Assembly: GCA_002633005.1 (NCBI GenBank)
Contig: NMRA01000141.1
Span: forward strand, 235,609 to 299,608
Origin: Phoronis australis
Lineage: Eukaryota; Animalia; Phoronida
Direction of reading: 5' to 3'
Length of the DNA stretch: 64,000 nucleotides
A program made the translations under genes and the position numbers. Shown here in pieces: positions 28,001 to 41,317 of this stretch; the first letter of the stretch is position 1, and each line of letters opens with the position of its first letter. Below the pieces are notes generated by a model, which ran no database searches, was not told the DNA's origin, and saw only the letters and a program-made list of their open reading frames with translations.

Positions 28001-31000
28001 GGACTGAAGACATCACGAACATCAACCAGCCAAAGTTTGAAACTAAACTTCTAGTCACAAAAAGACTATATTAATGCGCCAAAGAAATAATGCACGTCAT
28101 TATTTTGGTGAATTAGCAGTGAAACTGCAAATCTACTTACTCGTTGGGGTGCGTGAAGCCAGGTTCCCCTTCCAGAGAACCATCAGGGCAAAAAATGTAC
28201 AGAAACAATGATTTGAATAATGTACATGTATATCTTAATAAAGATTCCCCTAACATCTGACCATAGGATATAAAATCGAATTATTGTTAAACAACAGCTT
28301 TCTGTCAGCAACACTGAATTAGCATGCGCTCACACGGCCTCGGTGCCCCGTCAATTAGTTTATTGCATCTAAACCCGGTAACGCAGTGATTTTTTAATTG
28401 CTAGCTTCTCAAATCATTTACACTCATGAACACTCCAAAGGCATTACAAATTGCATCTAATGAGACAGACTTTGTTTCAGTTTAATATAAGCATTGGTTA
28501 GGGTGAGAATAAGTCATTTTGAAACGGAACGTACAATAATAAACATCAACATGGCATCTGGCAATCCCGACTTAGACTAGATGAAGACTTCACAGGTCGA
28601 TGGTTAGGTTTCACAGGCTATCAGTTCGAACCGGAACACACTAATCAAGAAATACTAGAGAGGCGCCGTGAATGTGCACAGACAAGAGAACATATGGATA
28701 GTTCCGAAAACTGTTTGAAAGACTAGTCATGGTGTCAGTGTGCTAACTGCACAATAATGGAAAGGCCTGACGCTTGCGTTTGCTGCCACGAAATTCTGCA
28801 AGTGAAACGCCTTCTAGAGGTGGCGCAGATGTGTCTCACAGACCATCCTGATTTTGCACCACATCTAAACAGAGGTATGGTTTCGACGTTTTTTAGGGCT
28901 GGGAAAAAGAAACTGGGGAAAACATCCTATGGCCACAGGACCAAACAGAAGCCTGATGAACGAGTAAGTCGATCAAACAGCTAATATATAAAACGTTATG
29001 TTCTCATGCCTTGAATTAATCGTAATAATTATTTGTTTATATGTTTTCATGGCCAACTACAATTCTCCATAATCAACACTGTCAACTAAATGTCGGCCAC
29101 AGACACGGAGATGTTTCGTGGCCTCATACTTTAGTATTAATGTTAGTAGTACTTTTCACTACCGCGAGCCATTTTCGAAGCATTATGTGGTTTCAAGGCA
29201 ATCGAAAAACGATATACCCGCTTTCCTCGCAGCTTCATGGTTTGCACAAATGACAACGATACACCACACCATAGCAGCACTCACTCTGCAGATGAACCAC
29301 TGACGTCACTGCATTGTTTCTCACATTCCTCACAGGTTAACGCGATACCTCTCGGCGAGGTAAGATGGACCGTATATGAGGTGATGTGGATATAGACAGA
29401 TTCAGATGGTAAAAAAGACTAATTAAATCGGGTGGCATACTCCTTTAAGCTAATTTTCTACATTAATTTAGCCATCAACGTAAGGAAATAAAGTACAGTC
29501 CTGATCCTCATGCAGATTTGTTTTTATATTTGTTTTGTGAAATTTTCCAAACTACTTCCACCTTGAAAAGTGTCTCCAAAGGTAGGCTTGTTACTATGTA
29601 AGCCAACATTAGCGTGTGTTATATCTTACAAATATCAAGAATTAAAACCTAAGTGTACAATAGTTCTCTTCTTTCATTTTGCTTGTTGAAGTGTGCAACA
29701 AGAGCAATGCGGAGCATTGAAATGCACAAACGACTGCACCACAAATGGTGTGCTTCTAGGGGTGTTTATTTGTGTCATAAAATGGCATTAGATGGCTCAT
29801 TATATTTTGAACCTATCCAAAAATGGGATAGTCGTCGTCTCTCAAAATTATTTGCCAAATTTTATGAAAATCTGTCAAAGAACTCCAAAGATTCAAAGGA
29901 TAACATAAAAAACAAACTGCCATTGGGAATCACAACTGCAGTTGAATCCATCCACTTGCTGTCAAGTTAATAGGAATACAAGTGCAAAACGTCAAAAACA
30001 TCTTTCAAGGGGTTTAGGAGATACAGCTATAGATGCATAGGCGGATTTAGGGGGGGGGCCAGGGGGCCTGGCCCCCCCCCCCTTTAGCTGCCGCAAAAAA
30101 AATAAAACAGTAAGAGCGTAGGGAAATGTTGAGTTTANGCCTCCCCCCATTCGGTGCTATGCGCATCTACAATCGTGGTTCAGTTTGCGCAAATGTTTAC
30201 AGCCGGACAAAATGTTGGGCCCCCCCTTGTGATATCCTAGATCCGCCACTGAGATGTAAATAAAATGTCTCACGGGCACCACAGTAGTTGGACCCGTTTG
30301 AAATTCCACGTCAGTAGGAATACATCTGCAAGTTTTCATAATGATCCTCTGCGCGGTTTGACAGATACAGAGAGGCAAACAACAACAAAACAGACTAAAT
30401 ACTAATAATTAAAATGGCCACTAGTTGGTGTAAAATACTTCAAATCCATTACAAAAATGAAGCTGCTGCTGTCTTTATAATACATTTTTTTGCCCAATTT
30501 CATGAAAAAACATCAAGGAACTCTGAAGTTATCAATCTAGGCAAACGTAAAACATAAAATTGTCACTAGGGAGCACATCTGTAGTTTGATTGAATTGGTC
30601 TCAAACTGGCTGTCATTGGTTTGCTGACTGCATAGGAACATATTTGGTAAATTTCAGAAATTTCAGAAAGATCTTGCACAGGATAAAGGAGAAACAGTCG
30701 TAGATGCAAACAAAAATTGGGGGGGGCAGAGTAGTTGAACACATCCCAAAATCAACGTCAGCGTCAGTTTTCTGAACGTCCAGCAGTTTGGTAGATGGAG
30801 AGGGTAATGACAAAAAAGTACTCAAACATTTTTAAAATGGCCACCGAGTGGTGCAGAATACGTCAAATCCGTTCGAAAATGAGGAAATGTTGTCTTCTGC
30901 TTAAATAGAAACTTATTTGCAAAATTTCATGATAATAGAAAGAGCCGCTATACCTCGAATCTATCTGAAAACGGTAACCTGTCCACTCTTTAATAGAAAC

Positions 31001-34000
31001 CTATTTATTAAATTTCACAAAAATCTGCCAAGGAGTTTCAAAGATAAAGAGGATAACAAAAAATGCCAGTAGGGCGCACAGCGGTAGTTGGATCGATCCA
31101 AATGTTGTCATAGTTCATTGCCAACTTCACATAAATACACTTGCCAAATTTTAAAATACCCTGTACAGTTGGGAGACACAGCCACAGATGAAAAAACTGC
31201 CACTAGGAGGCACCACAGTACTTCAAGTTGTCTGAAGATCATCATCAGCTGTCCTCTTCACAGTAGAATCATAGTAGAAACATAAACGCCAATTTTCAAA
31301 AATCATCCTTAGAGTGTTTGGTTGATAGAGAGGCAGATGCCAAAAAGACTAGAAAACATTAAAAATGGCCACTAGATGGCGCAAAATACATCAAATCCAT
31401 CCGAAAACACGAACATGTCATTGTTTCTTTCATAGAAAGCTATTTACCAAATTTCATAAAAATCCATCAAGGATGTTCAGAAACGGAGGAAAACGGAAAA
31501 AATGAAATTGCCACTAGGGAACACAGCGTTCGTCGGATCTGTGAGAGAGGCATCGTCGACTGTTGTCAACTTCATGTGAATACACTTGCTAAATTTAATA
31601 AAGATCCTCCAGACGGTTAAAGAAATACAGCCATAGGCGTAAAATAAGTGCCATTAGGAGGCGCCACAATAGTCGAAGTCGTCCTCTTCACAGTAGGAAC
31701 ATACATGCCAATTTTCACAATCAGCCCTAGAGCGGTTTGGTTGATACAGGAGTGGGCGCCAAAAAAAAAACTCCAAAACAGTAAGAATAGCCACTAGGTG
31801 GCGCAAAATACCTCAAAGCCATCTGAAAACTTGAGGATAGCATCACTTCTCTTACAGATGCCTACCTGCCAAAGTTTATGAAAATACATTGAGGACCCCT
31901 CAAAAGACAGAGGTAAACGTAAAAAACTAAAATTGCCACTAGGGGGAACACCAGTAGAAGGATCCGTCCAAAAATAGGCTCATGCCATCCCATCCATGAA
32001 AGGAACATATCTGTGAAATTTCATGAACGTGCACTGAAGGGTTTTGGAGATAATGCAATGGACGCCACAAAGGTCCGGAGCTGGAAACTAGAAAATATAA
32101 CATCTGGACTCACCTTTCTGTCATCGGTACAAGCAAGGTTGTCTAGAATCTCATAACTGATGTAATACAACTTTTTCTTTGCCATTACATCACTCAATGA
32201 TTGGTCTTCAAAAAAGGGAAGAAGCTCCTCTTCACTCACAGCTAATCTGTATTGAAAAAGTAAAACAGGTATATTTGGTGATACAGTTAGAATTTTAACA
32301 ATGTCAGACAAGCTTTATTGCCAGATTTCAAAGAATTCTACTATTTCAGAGATTAACAAAAGTGTTGCGAAATATTCAACTTTATCATAGATAGGTGAAG
32401 ATACCGCCATGAAATAACTGTGTTTATCACAAAGTGAAATACATCAGAACTACTTTTCCATATTTTCTCTAGAGAAGATAACTGTTATCATTACGAGAGA
32501 AAATAGCGCAATCTTGAGTTTTAAAACTCAAATTAACAGTTATTTACAAACTCGATGAGAAAAAGGTAAACAAGAAGAAAGCTACAGTACTATAAAAACT
32601 ATCCGCTTTGCAATTAGTGTTAATTTGAAGTTAATACATAGAACTCTTAGAAAAATGCCCAGTTTTGATCAACTTTGAAACATTGCATCTCAGAGACTGA
32701 ATGGCTGATGGATTCACATAATTTCAGATACTATACTTAATACTTAGTTCTCCTAAATGTTGTTAAGAATGATTTTTAAATTGCTACATGAGGGGCTACC
32801 AAAGAATTTGTTGAAGCAAACTTTATCAAAGATTTTCTGCAACGAGACAAAGTTACAAGAATCCGCAAGTTTGGCTGAAAAAGTTCCGTGATGAGTTCAA
32901 TGGTTGTATTATTTACTAAATTAAAATTCCACCAATGACATCTGTCATGTGCCGATTGTGCATTTTCTTGGCAATGCGTATTGTTGATAAAGACCTGCCA
33001 AGAGGGGGCGACACTAGTTGGAATTTTAATTTATTTGGACGATTAGTGGAAATAATTCCAAAATGATTTGTATTATTTCTAGAGCATTTAATACGCACAC
33101 ATAATTACTTAGCTGAACCTGTTTTCATCAACAGTCTGCTTAGAAAAAAAAAACAACAACACTCAATAACATTGATAGACGTATTGTTAGCCTATTAGCT
33201 AATGAGCAATGATAATGCTGTGATGGCCAATAGAGTAAACGAGTGTTCATGTGCCACAGGCATCCACTTAGAGAACATAATTATCAAATGCCTTCTACCA
33301 TGGTTATACTAGATAATTTTGGGACGCCCTGAACAGGAGGGCGCAGCTACAAAACTAGTTCAGGCTCATTAAAAGAATTATCTTTGCCTCAGGCAATATG
33401 TATATTGCAGTCAAGTGATTCCTAAATTCAATTGCGAATGACCATCTGCTGAAAAGGAAAAGTGCAGATGCTTTCTCACATGAATTGAACAAAGGAATAT
33501 TCTGATCCTCAATTAACACGATTACAAAAATTGAAAAAATAACCTGCAATGTCTGCTACTAAATAACGCTGGATTATATAGATGAGTGCAAAATCATATG
33601 CAATTTTGGAATATTTTGATAGCTGATTTAAACAATACGGCGAAACCAATTTTCAAAACTATTTCTGGTCCCTGCATTGACAACTAAAACTTGGCGGAAA
33701 GCTTGTTATTATGGACGTAGAAGAATGCCAACGGATGTCTATGAATTAATGTAATGTAATGTAAGATGTTATCAATTGATAATTACTTTGAGGGTAATTC
33801 TTTGCAAAGACGGAGAGCTGTTGTGTTACACCCAGTCAGGCGTTGATAGCCAAATTCAAGATCCGACCTCCAGTTGTGGAGTCCCTAAAACAATTAAATA
33901 CATGCCAATATTGTTACATCTCATTCTCTAACAAAAGCAACGTAAAGTATTGCCATGCACCCACTGCGTGCATGGTATAATATAGAACAATTAAAAATTG

Positions 34001-37000
34001 TCATTCTTGAGGTAAAGATAAAAACGGATGGCAATCGTTGAAGAACATCCAGCTTTGATGCAGCCTTTCTGAAAACCTCATGGATGTGATCATGAGTATC
34101 AAATTCCAATCTATGACATCACGAAGCCCTTATTTCAAAGGTACATAATGAACGGTGCAAGACAATTAAATGGAATTTGCCCGCTTTGGGCTCCATAAGA
34201 TTGACATTGAACCAGCAGATGGCCTGATTGGCCTTCTGCTGTAATTTAATGGCAAGCTGATCCGGACAAATACCATGTAGATAGACATAAATGTACAGCT
34301 TACAATCATCATTGATACAGAGGAACAAATCATCATGAAAACATTAAAAAGTACCAGACCAGTCACCAACCTCTGGGCGACACCCCTATTAAGTCTAATC
34401 TATCGACTAGTAGTGTTTGAGACTTAGACACACTGTTTTTGGTCCATGAGATAAGACCAGAGAAGGGTATAGCCTCCAGCAGTCATTCCATAGGCCCTCA
34501 ACTTCTATATCAGAATCTGTTGAGGTGAAGCATTAAACGCCTTTCCAAGAGCACACTTGTCTAGTAACTAGTCATTTAGATATTGTCTTAATTCTCAACA
34601 TGTTATAATTGTATCTTTGTTACGTATATTTCATTGTTGTTTTATTACTTCATTATATTACTGTTTTTCTTGTTGAGGGCCCTCTTGGAAAGCAGTGATA
34701 TCACTGAAGAGGCCACCCTCATTTTAAAAATCACAATAATAAATAAATAAATAAAACACCCCAATCATATACTTGGACTCAAATAATTGACCTATCGCCA
34801 GGATTTTGAGTGACGGCTTAACTGACCATTTAGAAGGCAGCATTATTGACACACATTCCTTTCCAAGCCGCTATTTTACCCGACAAACAACACGTTGCTG
34901 GGTAAAACTTATTGTCTGTTAGTCGGCATTAAGCAAATGGGCGGAGCTTGTGATAGATGAATTACTTCCAGTCATCAAGAGACCTAAGAAGGACATGTTG
35001 ACAGCTGTAACCAGCCCAGAAAGCACATACCCTGGGGTCTAAAATGTTGGTTACTTACAGACTAATAAAGTCACTGATATCGCTATTTCAATACTCAGAT
35101 GCCCAGGAGGAGTTATTGTACCAAAGGAAAATGTTGAACTCATTAAACTCACTTAAACCTGCATACAGAATAGTACAAACATGGACCTATCCCGAGGGTG
35201 ACATTAAGTCATATGGGCTGTTGGCCTTGGGCAATGAACGCCCACCCATGGCATAAATGAATAGTGATTGTCCATAAAGTTGGTCAATGTTCTGCTTCAT
35301 CAGGATTGTTCCACAGCCAATCAATGTAATAATAAATCATAAACGACTGGTAAATGAGAAAAATCATGAGAATAGGAAAGTCCCAGTCGAGGGAACATAA
35401 TGTGACAAGCTATTCAACATACTCACATACGGCTTGGGGAAGGTGGAATTATACATGGCCTCCATATCAGACAACTGTTTGAATTTGGGTGTGGTAAACT
35501 TCTGCACTGTTGCTTTAAGAAAGAGTGTTGCTTTCCGTGTTACCAGGTCCCACTAGAGTGAAATGAATAAGTAAAATAAATTCACATATTTACACGGTTC
35601 ATGCACTCACTTAGGGCAAAACACTTGTTCAGTTAGCTGTGACGTAACCAGATGTTGCCTTGTTCACAAGACGACAACCATATCATAAACCAAAAACATC
35701 ACCACCCCCACAGGTGAAATCCCCCAAAATTACCTTGGAGTCATCAGCACCACAGGTAAAATCCCCAAAATTTCCTTGCAGCACTCAGCATTGTGAGTGA
35801 AATCTCCCAAAATTACTTCACAGTCATCAGCGCTGTAGGTGAAATCCCCCAAAATAATACCATTTAGCCATCAACGCTGATGGTGAAATTCTCCAAAATT
35901 ACCTTGTACTCATCAGAAAATGTTTCATCCTCTGGACATTCCTTTATCTGTGCCACCAGACCTTCCAATTTTCGTGTGAACGTGTACGCTTTTTGTTTCC
36001 TCTCCAGTTCACTCTTACGTTGAGCTACAAATATTCAAATTAAAAAAAAAATTAACCATAGTGCCATGAATACGATAAACTATACGTGGTAGCCATGATT
36101 GGAAGATGAAAAAGCGGTACATTTGGATCAAGGCCACACCCCGCAACATCCAGAAACCTCCTGAAGTGGTTGTTAGTCATGACTGTAACACGAAGCACGA
36201 TAAACTGCTTACTCGTATGGAAAAGCACAATGACATAAAACAGGATGTCAACTTGTCACTTGTGTCAAAATGTGACACATTCCCTTGCTTGGCGCACCTG
36301 AGACAAATAAGCTGCAGCAAAAGAGGGACAGTGTCCTGACAAAAGCAAAAAAAGATGGTAAACAATGAAATTAGCATCTTAAACTTGTGAACAGAGTGTC
36401 TCGTATAATGTTAACACGCACAGGGTAATCACTGATCATTCAGACAACAGTACCTGCTCTTCTCTATAGGTATTAGTGATACAAAACTAATACCTACTTA
36501 CCAAACCAAACACTCTACTACCAATGTCCAGCAACAAGTGCCACAAAGTTAAAATCTACTTTTTCTTAAAAAAAAGAGTTCAGAAATACTTACTTTGCTA
36601 AAAAAATTGCAATGTCAGTTTTATCACAAAATTAATAGTGACTTTTTACCTAATGAAATCGTCAAAAATGTTCTTTTCAGTAATATACTTACCAACATTT
36701 TTTTCATCTTGCGGTAGTACGCAGTCATATTCAGTGATTACAATCGGATCATCTTTGGGTATCCAGCGGTGCACGGGAAAGACGAACTCCTTGAGATTTG
36801 AGCAACGCAACACGACAACTTTGTCAACATACCAATCGTCCGAATCGCTCCTCCCATCTCGCTGAAGTTCAATTTTTGCAATGTCCCCAAATTCAGGAAG
36901 TCCTGATATATTGAAGCTGTCTGTTCTGCCCTGTTCAAAATCATTCCTCAACAGCACATCAAGGGTTACACTGTGCGATTTCTCCCCCTGTGTGTTGTAC

Positions 37001-39068
37001 AGTCGGCCGGTCACCTGAAATTAAAAAATTACAACTTTAATTTGTTGCTTTGCATTCAAATTCCTACAGCCATTTCAACTCTTTGAAAAACATGCGAGAT
37101 TAACCTAGTTTTCTTAAGGAAGGGACGCTGAGAGTAGCCAGACAAATGAATAACGGCTTTATATCATGCGTCACTTGGCTTTGCAAATTTTTGATATCGC
37201 CATTGCAACTTGCTATGCAACTAGAAAACCGTATTGGTGTTAGAATGGCAAATGACAAACTAATGGTGATGAGAGTCAAGTGGCAGTGACTGATCACGTG
37301 CACAGGCAAAACCAAGTGTGTAGCTTTATTGAAACACCACAGTGGGTGTGTATTGTGAAGCTTCGCATTTCTAAAAATCATTACCAGTAGGTGACAAGGT
37401 TGCAGAGAAGGGAAATAACGATGGTATGGCATCCATTTTCAAGACAATTGTTTCTTCCTGATTTCTACGTATAGGTTTCGTAATTCGGTGGTAAGAAATG
37501 TTTACCGCACACATGACAATTTCAGCCATGGTGTGAATGGGCAACGCTACATTCCTGACACGAATGAGCCAACATCGACGAATCTTACAAAAAATAGGCA
37601 GGTGGCCTTATGCCTTCTGCAGTGCACCAGGCGTGATTAGGTTTCACAGCTGAACCCATTGCAATAATCACAAGGGGATCCCTCCGCATGAATTTCCTTG
37701 TGTGCAAAACCTTCTAATTTTCCAATGCTTTTCAGGAAATCAGAAAGGCTATTGAACCTGCAAGATTTGGAGAAGTCCAGCTACCAGAATATTGCAAAGA
37801 ACCCGATAAGCAAGGAAAATTTTCTCTAAATTTTAGGAGCCTCTACTTTCAAGTCACACTTTGGGCAGTTTAAACAGGCCACGTGACTTGTGATATTTCA
37901 GTGCCAAGGTAAGTTGCAGTGCCCCGTAATTAGCAATTAGTTGGATCACCTGCCGTATAGCCAGCCTATCTACAAGCCCAAGAGTCCTTTGGAATCTCAT
38001 GGCTCCATAGGACTTTGAAAAACAAGTTTTTGCCTACAGGTGGAGCCTATCCTCCATCGCTCACAATTTATACACCCACTGTTTTACAATTGCCCTGCAA
38101 TACTTGTATAGGACTGGTATGCAAGTTTCTGGTAAAAAAACAGGGTGCACTTGTTCCTTGCTTTGCAAGTTAATAAGAATCTTCATTACTACCAATGAAA
38201 ACATGAGCTCTGACCCAGTTCACACGTACAATACGAAATTGCCTGCCAAGCCATTGAGCTTATCCACGCAAGCCCAAATGCAATTTGAGCTGATTTTAGG
38301 CATGGTTAGATAACAGGGTTTTCTTGACTATGCAAGACAATAAAGAGCTCCTAGGTATCTTGGTATTCACTGAAAACCGATGAAACGGAACTGTTTTATT
38401 GAAAGCTCAGGATGATGCTCGAACACCAGTTAGCAAGAACTTGAATAAGATTTAGAGGGAAAAAGAAGGAATGACTTCTTACAAGCTGACATACCAAAAT
38501 GCCACATCCAATGTAACATTAACAAAGCCATTGAGGAATGATCTTGGGACGCGAACATTAAAACCAGAGTAATTTAATCAATTTGAAAACTTATCTAGGA
38601 TAACCAGAAAATCGAAACTTTACAAAAATAACACTAAGAACAGTCTTCTTCCCAATTACAACCTGGCAAACCTGATGTGCAATCGCTCAAACAAGAAGGC
38701 AGAGCCTCTGCTGATCAAAAATGGACAAAGATCAGTTAAAACATGTTCAACAACTGAATCAGCCAGCTTAACCTATAGATTTCTTTCACGCTTTTTGCCA
38801 CAATTTTGAGATGTAAACTTCACAACAGGACAGTATTAGAGTTTTCAATGATATAAATTACTTATATTTGTGGGATAAAATTAAAAAAGAGTTAACTGAG
38901 AGACTTACGCAGAATTTCATATTAATTTTCCAAGAATCCATGACTATACCTACCATTGGCGGCCGGTAAATTACTCACATTTGCATTAGTACCAGCTCCC
39001 TTGATGTCTCCTGTCTTAACATGCAGAATGTAGTCTGCGCCTTTGCTTTTACTGATATTGCAACCCAT
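22008..39068 (-). CDS. Animal-type lipoxygenase with N-terminal PLAT domain, 13 coding exons, 666 aa: 39068-38979, 37014-36693, 36024-35903, 35552-35427, 33884-33787, 32246-32114, 27287-27095, 26563-26446, 26100-25947, 25397-25200, 24216-24049, 23126-22963, 22122-22008
   Basis: Exons sum to 2001 nt with consistent phases and GT-AG ends. PLAT motifs ([26 protein letters not shown]). Catalytic-domain motifs [35 protein letters not shown] (iron His pair), YRDD, HAAAN and C-terminal PNAISI* (Ile ligand). Confidence 0.96.
27471..29444. mobile_element. Kolobok-like DNA transposon remnant in lipoxygenase intron 6
   Basis: TTAA on both sides (27467-27470, 29445-29448). TIRs CGGAGAATGCCACCC / AGGAGTATGCCACCC match at 13/15. 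Contains a decayed Cys-rich ORF. Confidence 0.75.
28551..28984 (+). pseudogene. Decayed ORF resembling the P2X7 C-terminal (ballast/Zn-binding) domain family, probable transposon accessory gene
   Basis: Reads ...GYQFEPEHT...[25 protein letters not shown]...[13 protein letters not shown], i.e. YxFEP plus WCxCxxCxxM...CCxE...CxTxHxxF motifs. One in-frame stop and an early frameshift. Confidence 0.65.
29697..32068 (+). mobile_element. Pearl/HINE-like (non-autonomous Helentron-type) element, copy 1, 3'-truncated, with internal ~145-bp repeats
   Basis: Starts AACAAG...GCGGAGCATTGAAATGC like copies 2 and 3; ~12 degenerate units centred on GCCACTAG; interrupted by a MITE at 30037-30251. Confidence 0.7.
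30037..30251. mobile_element. G/C-run MITE (CATAGGCGGATTTAG...CTAGATCCGCCACTG)
   Basis: Imperfect TIRs, AGATG repeated on both flanks; related copies at 16413-16732 and 45960-46070. Confidence 0.65.
33905..35330 (-). mobile_element. Highly decayed LINE reverse-transcriptase fragment in lipoxygenase intron 4, interrupted by younger insertions (~34545-34965)
   Basis: Broken frames give KAFN...[40 protein letters not shown] and [12 protein letters not shown], matching the RT motif order of CR1/L2-type LINEs. The upstream boundary is approximate. Confidence 0.6.
34786..34962. mobile_element. ~175-bp MITE, second copy
   Basis: Colinear with 11053-11229 along its whole length. Confidence 0.7.
35697..35915. 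repeat. ~42-bp minisatellite, ~5 copies, overlapping the lipoxygenase exon 3 donor
   Basis: Unit ~GGTGAAATCCCCCAAAATTACCTTG.A.TCATCAGCACCACA; the last unit is the exon/intron junction itself. Confidence 0.85.
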
Positions 39069-40676
39069 CTAAAAATAAAAGCACCATAAAAGGCAAACTC
39101 AAATTTTGTACGTTAAGCATAAATTGCGCATTCAAAACGTAATTTATACAGCTCTTTACAAAATAGTAATTGAAAAGTGGACAGATTTGAAAATTTGACA
39201 CCAAGACAAGAAAAGAAAAATCAACATTTTAGAAAGTTGGCCAAAAATAAACTTGATTAGAATTTTAGTGCTTGTGTTTCTAGTTGAAGAGAAAGATTTT
39301 ATTCCCGCATTTTACTGATTAGATTTTTATAGCATTTACGACAGCGTTGCTTATATTTACTTAAGCAACTGGAATTCACAAAACATAATTCAATACAGCA
39401 CTTAGAGTACGATTGATTTTTACTTTTACACACATCATTGATCAGTTTTCATGAACTACAATTCTCTTTCAGTTCATGCATTGATAGACAACTTATATGT
39501 AAGAGCTGCATTTCACCCTGTTTAGCTCGTTAAAAATGAAAATCAGATTAGGCCTTGTACTCTCATAAAATCCGGCAGTCTGATAGCATTCTTACACAGA
39601 TAGGGTTCCATCTCCATTACCAGCTCCAGTCACAGGGCTACGTGAGATATTCCCAAATGTTAAGGTTGGCCAACCCCAATAAAGTCAGTGTTCTCAACTC
39701 TTCCATAAAAAACTATTTGCTAGTATCACGAAAATTTGTGGAAAAGGTAGAAAACTGAAATTGCTAATGAGAGGCAAAACGCTAATCAAATCCGTCAGAA
39801 AGTCATCATTCATATAGATATGTGGGTGCATAAAAACAAAAAAGTTTACTTGAATATCCATCATATTGTGTCTTAAGGTTATCTCAAACCTTATTAGTGA
39901 CCTTCATTCTAACTCATATATCGAAAATCAGGCTGTCAACTGGTAAAAGTATACATTTTCTAAAAGAAAATAATCAGAGGTTACAAAATTATGTTTTATA
40001 TTGATGTGTCATTATTATTATTATTAACACCTTTTAAGTCAAAGTTTCATTTTTAAAAAGGTACATCCATAGTAAAATAACCCCTTGGTAGATTTTTTAT
40101 GAAACTCTTCTTTAATGAAAATTTCACAATTTACCTCAAAAACACTGTTAGGAATTTTCTATTACTCATTTAGTTTTGTTTCTATGCCAAATTAACTCAC
40201 AAAACAAAATGTATTTTTGTAAAAAATAGCAGTTGCATTCTTCTATCTTAAAGTGCAGTACGCAAAATCTAAGCGCTTAAAAGGAAAATCCTAACAGCAT
40301 TTTGAGACTGATTAACAAATATTAAAATTGGAAGTTTCAGTGAGATTCACAGAGCCGTTTTCAAGAACTTGTGTTCTGTGAAAGGACTGAGGGTACATAT
40401 GGAAATGCTCTATGCCTGGCACGAGATTCAGTTTGAGTGACAGCCCTGTAACCTTTGAGCTTGGATTAGAATTGTAAGAATAAATATTGATTAAGTAATT
40501 AGTAAGAATAGTTCCATTTTAAGTTGCCTAAAATTTGTGCATATGTACTTTTAAATCATGGGGTCAGACTTGGTGACATGTATTTTAGCGTCAAAATCTA
40601 TTTTTAGATGGTGCTTACAACTTTGGGTTCTGGGGTCAAAGTACTCTAGAGATTCTAGAATATTCTGAGAACAAAT

Positions 40677-41317
40677 TGTAACAGCCAATAATATGAGTGG
40701 ATATGATCATGTGGTTTTTATTAGCCAATCACTAAATAAGTAGAATGTTATATTATGGGCTGAAATCAACTAGATAATTAGATGCGCTATAGTAGTTGAA
40801 GCATAAGGACTTGCTACAGTGTACAGAAGCAATTGTGCGACAGAGCCATCTCGTGGAAGATTCTAGAAAGGATCTTGGCAAGGGCAAGGGTTAACGAACA
40901 GGAAGTTAACTAAGAGCTTGTCACTTGCATTGTGGGTAGTAAGATACTACCTGAAGTGTTTGCGTCATAAGCCAGAGACTGTGACCAGCAAGAAGATTCA
41001 CGGGTAGAAGAAATTGCCTGCAAGTGTTGCATCACCAAAGACGGTGACCAACAAGTACACTGTCGCTATACAGTGTGTGTAGTTCGAAGATTCACCAACA
41101 GGACAGACATCCAACAAGTGGAGAGTCCTAGCTTGGATAGCAGATAAGACATTTGATTGTTTTGGTTGTTTGATTAAAGTAATCTTTAAAGAGGGCGCTA
41201 GCGTAGTTACTCTTTGTAGTTGATTACTTAATTAACAATAGGTTTCATTTGTCTAATTAGGGGTTATCATATAATAAATTAATTACTGGATTTGATTATT
41301 CACTCTCCATCTACACA
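40677..41317 (+). mobile_element. Probable solo LTR
   Basis: TGT...ACA termini, ~640 bp, AATAAA ~40 nt before the 3' end, composition distinct from the flanks. The TSD is imperfect (AAAT/CAAT). Confidence 0.4.
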
